Shown here: positions 54,706-64,000 of the stretch, one piece after another | Layout of the letters: each line of letters opens with the position of its first letter | Position numbering within the stretch: position 1 is the stretch's first letter | From: Cycas panzhihuaensis | Lineage: Eukaryota; Plantae; Cycadophyta | Direction: 5' to 3' | Assembly: GCA_023213395.1 (NCBI GenBank) | Contig: CM041465.1 | Coordinates: forward strand, 150,543,741 to 150,607,740 | Length of the DNA stretch: 64,000 nt | The notes under the pieces: generated by a model | Seen by the model: the letters and a program-made list of their open reading frames with translations, nothing else | Database searches by the model: none | What the model was told of the DNA's origin: nothing | Program-made: the position numbers and the translations under genes

Positions 54706-57668
54706 TGAAACGCTGCCCACGGGGTGGTATCCCTACGTTTAGCAAGAGAATGGATTATGCAAGACTAGGTTGGACTAAACAACAAGGACTCACCTCACAG
54801 GGCATCCGTGCACTGAAGTGCAGATTCGGGACCTACAGAGGTGCCTAGTTGCTTCTAGGTAGTTACAGAAGATGAGACCTTCCTACCCCTCGGATGGCCG
54901 AGAAGAGGAGGAGAGAGCCTGGCAAGTTGCATCTTCTCAAGGGAGTGAGAAGGTAACACGAGAATGAGAATGCACATGTAACATGGTATCTAGGTATAGG
55001 CTTGGCCAAAAGAGCAATGTGCGAGTAGTCCTAGCATGAAATAAACTATCTAAATGTACTAGATTAACCACTAAATAAAAGATATGCAAAGAAGCAAATG
55101 TATGTTCTTTTCCTCTTTTAGTTTCCTATGTGTTTCTTACTACGCAAGCATGTGCATAAAGAACAACACTATAAAGAAAATATGCAAGGATAAGAAAAAT
55201 ACCCAAAACAGCATCTGAATGGAGCGCTACGCATCTCTTTGCTTCCCACTCCTTTCCGCTCCACTTGTTGCACACATGAAATTGATCGGTGATGGATGCC
55301 GTGAACAACTGAAGAGGGGCTAGCTCACCTCCCCAATGTATGCAAGAAGCGAATGACAAATAATGGAAAATAACGAAAAGCAACAAATATGGAACTAACC
55401 TGCAATGGGTTTGTTTCACACGTGACTCCACAAATGCGAGATCCTGCTAATTAAACAAATAAGTATCTCCCTCTCAGAAGAGGGGCCACAAAATAGATCT
55501 AATATGTATACTAAACTTAGAGGAAATAGAATCAAACTAAGCTAAGCATATGCATTATTATTTAATGAAACAACTTTCAACAAAGTTTCCACAAATAGTT
55601 ACCGCAAATGACACCCAAAATAAGAGTATAGCCTCAGAATGGCTAACTCGCCCATGAGAAGTCTCCACTTAGCCTCGAGAAAGGAAAACAAACTCACAGC
55701 AAGAACATGGGGCAATGAATAATGAGAAGGAAAAAGGTAACTAAAAGGTATGCAAGCACCCAAAGAACAAGATGCTATGGACAACAAATTATCTAACTGG
55801 ATGGATTGTAAACTGTTAACTGGTAAGAAGCAGTTTTGGGGCTTATGCGATGCCCAAAACCAACAAACAAAAATCTAAAACCCGCTTGGCAACAGGCTAC
55901 CAATGCTGATTTAGATCCGAAAGTGAGCTTCTAAATTCCCTAACCCAACTTCTAGAAAGACACAAAGGTGCAAAGGAAGAGAAAGTAAGGGACAGAACCC
56001 TTGGGGAGAAGGTAAGCAAGGGGGACTGAACCTGCCTTCTTCCCTCTAACTTCCTCTATATTACCCCCTTACAACAGCCACCTAAACGCAGGCTGGTAGG
56101 AATGATGGGAGAGCACTATGGTCCATAAATCTAGACATCTAGTAATAAACTAAGCAATGGAATCAAGAAAGCAAATAAAATAAATATTTATTTGCTAAAA
56201 AACTATAAAAAGTAGCATAAAGCATGAAGTAAACAAGTAAGGTACCTTGTAGGGAGGAGAAGAAGTATGCATCTATTGGAAAATAGAAGGAAAAAACCAG
56301 CATCCAGTAAGATTTGGTGGCAAGTTTAGAAGAGGAGACAAATATATAAAAAATCCTATTTGTTGGGGCCCTTTGAAGCTTGTGTTTTTTGGGAGTCCTT
56401 GAAAAAATATCCTCCTTGTAGCTTTGAAGACCTGTAAATAGATGTTGAGCTTGTTGTTCCTCAGCATAAGAGACAGCAATGGCCTCTGGTAAAGAGCAGC
56501 AGCTGTGAGTCTTATTCTGTAGTAGTTTTCTGTGGAAGATTTTGTAGAGTTCTTTGTAAAAAATGAGCTAAGAATCCTTGAAAATGAAGAGGAAGTTTAG
56601 TTTTATCCCCTACTCACTGTAAGTGAACATTGGGGATGCTAGGACAGTTCAAATACATAAGTGCCACGTGGCAGTTTTATGAAAAAAATAGAAATTATCG
56701 CGTGATTTAAAAAAAAAAATTGAAACAGTCATACCACAGTAAACTTCACGGCACTATGACAAAGATCGCGGTACTGCTAAGTTTACAGTGGTACGAACCT
56801 GGAAATAAAAAATAAGCAAAAACTAGAGTTTGGAGTAAAACAGAGAGAAAATGAAGGCTAGAAACAGTTAGGGGGAGTACCCAGGTGATGGATAAGTAGC
56901 CAGGAAAGTGAACTAGGTCTCAACTAAGGATTCAATCAGACTTGGAAGAGACTGTAACATGAAGAGGGTGTCGTAAAAAGGGCGAACACGACTGGCCGAG
57001 GCATCCCAAGGGGCCGTGGAGACGAAGTGGGTGGTTGTGCGCCATATTGGGTATAACATTTACTAGAGAATAGCCCCACTGTGAGTCGTCATAGGCTGAA
57101 AGACGTGTGGTAAGCACATGCAAAGTGATCAAACAGGAAGATAATGTAAACATACAGATGTTAGGCAAGCATGTATAAGGTAGTCTACACTAAACAATCT
57201 TAGTTAAACAGGAGTGAAGCGAGAAGCCGAAATGTATACCTAAACTTACCCAAGTCGATGCGTCTCAAGTCCATTCCCAGTAGCTGGGAAACACTACCCC
57301 CTTGGCAGCAGATCCTCACTACTCAGAAGCGTGCTGTGATGGTGAATGCTGACAACTAAAAACCCTCAGTAGCACATGCATATATATATATATATAAACA
57401 AACACGAATAACATATGGCCCAAGGATGTCAGCGAGTGTCATGACAGAACGCGTGGATAAGGGAGATAGAGACGAGGACAACATAGGGGTTGCCTACGTG
57501 TCGTCTAAATGTCGACCTACAAGTGAGTAGAGCCAATGAAGGGGATGCCCCTATTGCCAAAGTGCAACAAGTGATAGGAAGGTACCCAGTAAACTGAACA
57601 AGCACATCAGACTAAAGGGGACCAGAGACTTGGGCACGAGCTGGCTAGGCAAGCCTTAAAGGCGTTCG

Positions 57669-58078
57669 CTAAGAAGAGGGAGGTGATGCTCAAGGATGAG
57701 GCAGACGAGGTTGTCTGCCTCAACATTGAGGTCCCGAGGGATATGCTGAATATCAACTAATGAAAAGCGGGCCAAGAGGGATCTGGTAACTGAAGCAAGG
57801 GTTCTCAAGTGAGGGCATCACACCTAGTAAACCTGGGTGAGATAAGACACCACAACCTGAGAATCGCAGAGCAACACGATGGGTTCATGATAGAAACAGA
57901 GAGCATCAGTAAGGGCCTCAATAGCGGCCATGTATTTGACTTCGTTATTGGTTGCCTCAGGGAGGAAAATCCTAAAACGTAGGAAATCGTGTCCAGAGGG
58001 GCTACAAAGGATCCAAGCAGTGACAGAAGGTCCAGGGTTACTATAGCTTCCATCGTCGGTAAATATGTAGAGGGACAT
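57669..58078 (-). pseudogene. Tat5 stand-alone aRH
   Basis: MSLYIFTDDGSYSNPGP...ATNNEVKYMAAIEAL...CDSQVVV...HIPRDLNVEADNLV...HHLPSS*, with one internal stop and a frameshift. Confidence 0.9.
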
Positions 58079-58602
58079 GAGCGAACACTAAATCCTAGTA
58101 GCGAATAAACAATGGCGAAACAAAGGGGATACTCGAAAGATAGGCAATAAGTGGCCGTGAAGGGTAGGAGGACCTAGCAATGAGGTTACCCAAGGACAGG
58201 AGTAAGCAGTCCAACCACCATATGAGAGCGGGCAGAGAAAAGATGTCCTAGAGCACCAAAGGTTGCTTTGGGAAGCAAAACATGCCCCCAGACGAGGGAG
58301 CATTCCCTTTAGGGATCCCAGGAGCAGAAAATAGCTGCAGAAATGAGTCCAGGGTAGCGAAACGAGCTAAACGAGTATAAACTCAGGCATGCATGGGAGT
58401 GGCATGCAAAATAAGGCAGAAGGGCCCTGGAAAAGGTGCAATAATGGGGTTCCATAAATGCCCTTACAAGAGAGGGCAAAAGGGGTGTCAATAGAGCACA
58501 ACGAGCGATAGGGCCAGAAGGCAAAGGTGATCGGGAAAATGGGATGATCCCAACAGCTGTCATGAGGTCAAAAATAGAAGAAGTGCTCATCGGGGCCCTC
58601 GC

Positions 58603-58611
58603 CTATATAAG
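58603..58611 (+). promoter_or_regulatory. Candidate TATA box of the antisense gene
   Basis: CTATATAAG upstream of a donor-like GTGAGT (~58796). An equivalent TATAAAAGGG is at 39513-39522 (minus strand) and a degenerate copy at ~6408. Confidence 0.45.
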
Positions 58612-59319
58612 GAAATTTGTATGGAAAATGGATTCATTTTCACCAGCTCTCATGAGAAACCAGAGCCATTTCCTTACACAGCGGAGCATCGCCCGACTTT
58701 GGAGGCACACGGGGGATGATCTGACCATTGGATTGGAGTGCAGCAAGAGCCAGCGAGACCATTAAGATGAGATGGCGATGGCCAGGCTAGATCCAGTGAG
58801 TGGATCTCGCAAAACCCTCCCCATTTCAAAGTTTTAATTTCATTACTTTTTGAAGTTTTTTGTGTAATTTTTGTGCCTCTTATGGGCAATTGGAGGCCTC
58901 TCGGAGTCTAAATTAGACCTAGAAAGAGGTAAGACCTGGGCATTAGGGAGCCCTGGTCTTGGTGGGCCTCACAGGGTCCATCAAAAGATTTTTTTTTTAT
59001 TTATTTTTAGGGCAGAAACCCCCCTTCTTAGGGGGGTTGCCATTCGTACCACGCCAATGATCGCGGTGCTATGCTCATTGCCACAAGGCCCCAATCGCCA
59101 CAGGACCCATGCTAAACTTAACAGTACTGCTAAGTTTAGCGTGATACGAAGCTGAAAATTAGAAAAAAGAATATGAGGGGCCTTAAGGCCCCAAATCTCA
59201 GGTAAATAGAGCTGAGAGTCATGGAGGAGCATAGATGACTGGTAGGAGACTAACTTTGATTGATTTTATCATGGTATGCAGTGGGATATATACTGACACA
59301 TGGCATGTTACATTGGTAG

Positions 59320-59900
59320 GTACTGCAGAGGTCAGGAGACTGGTAGAGACCATGGTGAGGGAGATGTTCCCTTAGGTGTATGCAGAGGGGCAACCACCTA
59401 TCCAGGCAGAGGATGTGCCTAGATTGGTAGGTGCTCATATGGAGGCATTTGCCCCATTGGCGAGGGTGAGAGACATCTGGGCTGTAGAGTCCCAAGAGCA
59501 TATGACATTCGGGGGACAGATGCAGCGGGAGCTAGATGAGGCCCGGGGCGAGTGAGACGCACTTTATAGATAGGTCCAGGCTCTAAAGGCTCAAGGCAGA
59601 GCAGGTGGAGACACAGGAAGCACGGTCTGGATAGCAGTGCTGGAGGAGCATCTTTGAGGAGTAGAGGGAGAGAGGGATCATATCTAGGCCAGATACGATC
59701 AACTCATAGACTAGGTGGCGTCGAGGTCAAGTAGGAGCAGGACATACACCCATACAGCAGTTACGACCCCAAGATGGCCACATGACGAGGGGAGCAAGGC
59801 AGGGAGCTCGCGGAGGCCAAGGAGGAGCCTCAGAGGGATGTGGTCCCCAGGAGAGGGATCACACAGGCCCAAAGATGGTACTCTAGGAGTGGGGCAGTAG
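59320..59900 (+). pseudogene. Tat5 antisense gene, coiled-coil exon
   Basis: QMQRELDEARGE*DALYR*VQALKAQ...VLEEHL*GVEGERDHI..RYDQLID, a heptad-like pattern. The stops are explicable as CGA/CAG decay. Confidence 0.65.
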
Positions 59901-60336
59901 TAGTATAGGAGACATGTATATGATTTTGACAGGGGAAAGCACGGGCCTCGAGGGGGTCATATATAGACTCATATGATTATACCCCCCCTGCAAGGATACC
60001 GGCTTCCTATATGTATAATGTAATATATGATTTTTGATATATATATATACGGGGTAATTAGCACCACACTTTGATATGAGAAATTGCATATATCATGCGT
60101 TGATAGATAGCATGTATGTTTTATTTTGTATGTTGTAAATGTTTTGTTGTATGATGCACGTATTTCCTTCCATGTATGGCTATATGTCTAATAGGAGCAC
60201 ACACATCCACCGTGAGTAGAGGTGATAGAGAGGTGTGAGATTAGAAATAGAGCGGCATGCACATCCACAGAGGAGCATAGTGGAATATGTGAAGGAAACA
60301 ACAGGTAAGAAAGAGGAGTAACGATACTCCAAGGTG

Positions 60337-60692
60337 TCGTCCTAATTGGGGGATGCCCAAATAGGAAGGCAAAAGTTCCCAAGAGGATATGGGAACACAG
60401 GTTCCATGGGAGGAACCAGAATGAAAAAAGGAGAAGCCATCTCAAATTGCCATTCTACCTGTGGTTGGAAAGAATGGGAACAACCTAAGATGGTAGTTTA
60501 GGCTCATTTCGGAGCATTGTCCTAGTTGGGGGATGCCCAAATAAGAGGACAAGGCCCCCAAGGAAATGGGAACATGGGTTCCATGAGAGGAACCAGAAGG
60601 AGATGAAGGAGACACCTTAAATTACCATTCAACCCGTGGTTGGGAGAAATGGGAACAATTTAAGATGGTAGTTTAGGCTCATTTCGGAGCAT
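60337..60692 (-). repeat. Two tandem ~178-bp direct repeats in the Tat5 3' region
   Basis: GTCCTA.TTGGGGGATGCCCAAATA...GGTAGTTTAGGCTCATTTCGGAGCAT occurs twice. Confidence 0.9.
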
Positions 60693-60696
60693 GCTT

Positions 60697-63600
60697 CTAG
60701 CACACAAGGTGAGCATCAAGCATAGTCGTAAGGTTGTACATGACGATGGAGGGGTCGATTCCCTTCATGTTAGAGTAGTCCCACGCAAACACATCACAGA
60801 ATTCCTGGAATAGAAGGGAGTATTCCCTCACTTTATCAGGAGTACATTCTGCCCCTACCTTAATGATCTTGCCCAGAGCAAGGACTATGTCCTGAGTTGC
60901 CCCCATACACATAGCATTCCCCTCCTCAAAGTAGAGGGGGGCAAGATCAATAGGAAGGGACAAAATGGAAGACGAGATTGGGTTGGCTAGTGTGGACCCA
61001 ATCGCTAGGACCTTCTGGTGGCCAAGCTTGTGGTGACTAGAAGGTAAACTGGGCATGGAGCCAGCTAAGTGCTCCAACAAAGCCTCATCATCCTCGAAGT
61101 AGTCCACCCCATGGATGACTTGACTTCGAATGGATGAGGTATGGGATGGAAGAGGAGCGATGGGACTAGTATGGCCTGTAAGCTGCCCAACATCCCTAAG
61201 AGACTCTAAGGGAGAGTCAAGGGGAGATCCCTCATAAAAAGTAAGAGGGAATCTCTCAATGCCATCACTTGTGGAAGGTGACAGATGGGGAGAACTAGGA
61301 ATCTGGTGGTCAACACTAGCAATGGTGTGTGACGCAAGAGAATGACCAGGATCTCTGATAAAAGGAGTCTTAGGTGGAGACCTAGAACAAGAAGAGTGCC
61401 CCCTACCAATGCAAAGGAAGGAAATATTATGAGAAAGGTCCTCATCCTCACTATGGGACCCATCACCATCAAACATGGCAAGGTATCCATAGCTTTCGAC
61501 GTCGATGGGGGCAAAACGAGTCAAGTCAGAAGAAGAAGACGCGGGATCTTCTTCATGACAAGAGGGATCTGGGATACCGATCAAGCAGGCTGAGGCATGA
61601 TCAGAAGGGTATTTGCTTCCCTTCATATGGCCATGGCTCGCCTGGGTAGAAGGTCTAGTTTATTTTATGAGCAGTTTCTCATGAGAGACAACTCTCATTT
61701 ATCCATTATGGATGAACTTAAGTTGCCCCCAATAGGTGGAATACATGGCTCCCATTTGGTCAAGCCATGGTCGACCCAGAAGGAGGTTGTAATCAACGTC
61801 TACATCGAGGACAACGATGTCGACAAGGACAGTCTTATCCTCGAGGGTAAGAGGTATCGAGATAGATCCCGGGGGAGTCTTCTTACTACCGTCATAACCC
61901 TGACATTGCCATGGAACAGGTTCCAAGGCGAAAATGCCAAGCTCTTGCATGACGCACAAGAGCATGGCGTTGACGGAAGAACTGTTGTCTACGACAATTC
62001 TTCACAATTTGTAACTAGGAGTATCGATGGTAATCGTGAAAGGAAAGTTCCATTGGCATTCCCTTCCACTGGCTAGGGGAAGATCTCTAGGATCGAAGGA
62101 GATGATGGGTTCACCACTTTAGGTTATGCCCAAAGCGTGAATAGGCATGTCATTCGATCCTAAAGCTTTTAAGAGGAGCATTCGTTGCTCGGGGCAGCTT
62201 CTCAAGACGTCCATGATGGACATCTAGAAACTATAGTAAGAAGCTCTTCAACCACGGAGAAAGGCTTACCCTGCCCTATGGGTTGGGTAAGGGCTCTCCT
62301 AAAGTTGAAGCGACCGGGGCGGACGAGAATGCTCTTGGGAAGTGCAGGAATCTCTAGAGGAATGGCTTCCAGAGGAGGATCAAGGTGTGACGTAGATGCA
62401 GAGGCACCAGTTGCCTCTTTCATGACTTAAGACCAGGTCAAGGCATAGAGGGGAGTGGTCTCAAGCATCTAGATCACCTTCTTTCCCTTATTGCAGGATC
62501 GCGAAGGTGAAGGAGCATGGTGGTCAGGGGAGCACGAAGAGGAAGATGAACCTCGCATACCCTTCCCTCTACCATGTGAAGGGCGAGAATCGAGGGATCT
62601 ATCCCGATTCTGGTTGTTTCTTTGTTGAACATTACGATCATGCTCCCTATGTTTGGGGAACAGATCCCTACGAACGGGTTGATCGAGATTAGGCCTCGAT
62701 GCCCATCTAGGAGATGAATCACATGGTGGGGCATCATGTGGGTGTTGCATCTGACAATGCGAGTCATCGTGAAAACATTCCCCGTGGATGGAGCACCACC
62801 TCTTCTCAAGGGGAGGATCAACTCTCCTCACTTGAGAAGGTTGGGTGCCACCCGCTTTGGGGGGAATGACATGAGAAGCCTGTTGAATTGGTTTGTGGGA
62901 GGTTAGCGATGAAGGGGATTGGAGTTTAAGCTCCTTCATCGTGCACTCAAATGAGCATTTAGTGAAAGTAAGGGGAACTAAAGTCCTCTTAGTAGGATGA
63001 GAGGTAGACCTAACAGGTTGCGAAGGTTTGGTTTCCTTTGCTGGGGAAGGTGCCTCATGACGTTGTGAGGGCTTAAGAGGCCTTTTGAGTCTGGCTTGGA
63101 TCTCAATATCCTCTAATGCTAAGCACTTCGTGATCGTAGAGTCACACATGGTTGCCCCTATTTTGAGGACTTCCACATGCACTTCAGGGCGAAGTGCGTT
63201 AACAAAAAGATCTCACTTTAACTCCTCAAGCAATGTGGCCTTAGTAGAGTGAAGGAGATCATGAAATCGTCATACAAAGTCATGATTCATTTCATCGTGA
63301 CCTTATTTGAGCAAAAAGAGTGACTTCATTCTGCTCTCGAATGGACGGGCTACGTCAAAGTAATTGACGAATTCATCCACTAATTACTGGAATGAAGAAA
63401 TGGAGTGGGTAGGGAGATGGTAGAACCATTTGAGGGTGTCACCCTATAAGGATTGTGGAAATAGCTTCATTAGGATGTGGTCGTAGGCCCAGTAGTCTAT
63501 GCACGCTATAGAGAAACTACGCACGTGCTCAGCTAAGTCTTGTAACAAAGTTCCATCGAATTTAGGAACTTCAGGATGGGGAGGCAGCAGATTGGTTCTC

Positions 63601-64000
63601 AACACCTCAATAGACAACGACGTTGACATGTAGTCTATGAAGGGACATGTCATTACATGGGCCAAAGGATCAACGAATGGTAGAGAGGCAGGAATAGATA
63701 GGGGTGGTAAACCCATCCCTCCTTGGGGAAATGCCTCTTGTTAGAAAGGGGGTTGCGGATAAACGCCTTGGAAGGGAGGTATGTTCCCTTGCGAAGGTGT
63801 GGCAATAGGAGTTACACTGGATGGTAGAAACGAAGGGTGCAGGATTGGATTCTACCCATATAGGCCACCCGTAGGTGGTGCGACCCCATATGGGTGTAAT
63901 AGGTCTACCCCATAAGCAGGAAGATGGTTTCCCCTGCCCTGCCCCCAAGGTTGAGATGCATAACTTGGGGGCAAGTAAAAGGACAGACTACCAAATGGGT
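60697..64000 (-). pseudogene. Tat5 gag-protease-linker plus the first residues of RT
   Basis: EVPKFDG, WCSIHGECFHDDSHC, VDNSSSVNAM..YNLLLGRPWL and FCDVFAWDYSNMKGIDP motifs. Confidence 0.9.

Larger units (their letters stand above)
54706..64000 (-). mobile_element. Tat5: least-decayed Tat-like Gypsy, RT-RH-INT deleted, runs off the window
   Basis: 3' LTR 54706-57293 (TGAAAC...GGGAAACA) with PPT CTACCCCCTT 57294-57303. Higher GC and CpG content. Candidate left TSD GATGG (54701-54705). Confidence 0.88.

Noticed and set aside
55126-57168. Hydrophobic ORFs in the Tat5 LTR as a possible env-like gene
   Set aside because: They are short, lie inside the LTR, derive from T-rich low-complexity sequence, and have no counterpart in the related LTRs.
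57669-58078. RNase HI as a host gene, contamination or horizontal transfer
   Set aside because: It sits at the same position in three element copies and decays with them; aRH is a known Tat component.
61342-62692. Plus-strand ORFs up to 159 aa
   Set aside because: They are antisense shadows of the GC-richer Tat5 gag-protease.

Overview
This window is AT-rich, CpG-depleted repeat DNA from a plant with a large genome; gymnosperm- or fern-like is an inference only. I see no intact host gene. It is a nest of about ten decayed LTR retrotransposons whose boundaries can be rebuilt from LTR termini, PBS, PPT and target-site duplications (TSDs). A minus-strand Copia (Cop3, pieces from ~1545 to 24320) is split by three insertions: a Tat-like Gypsy (Tat1, 2317-15611), a full Copia (Cop4, 17015-23812) and a Tat-like LTR (Tat2, from 24321). 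Tat2 is interrupted by Tat3 (from 25619). Tat3 hosts Tat4 (28266-51025, TSD TCCTC) and the least-decayed element, Tat5 (54706 to the window end). The 3' LTR of Tat4 hosts Cop5 (42681-49889). The most notable signal is a 3' accessory cassette shared by Tat1, Tat4 and Tat5. It consists of a stand-alone cellular/archaeal-type RNase H ORF just upstream of the PPT, head-to-head with an antisense, apparently TATA-driven and spliced gene. That gene encodes a plant mobile domain (PMD, visible in Tat1) and a coiled coil. Palindromic GTAC motif arrays recur both in the LTR U3 and in the first intron of this gene. All coding regions are pseudogenised. Internal domain coordinates were read by eye and are approximate.
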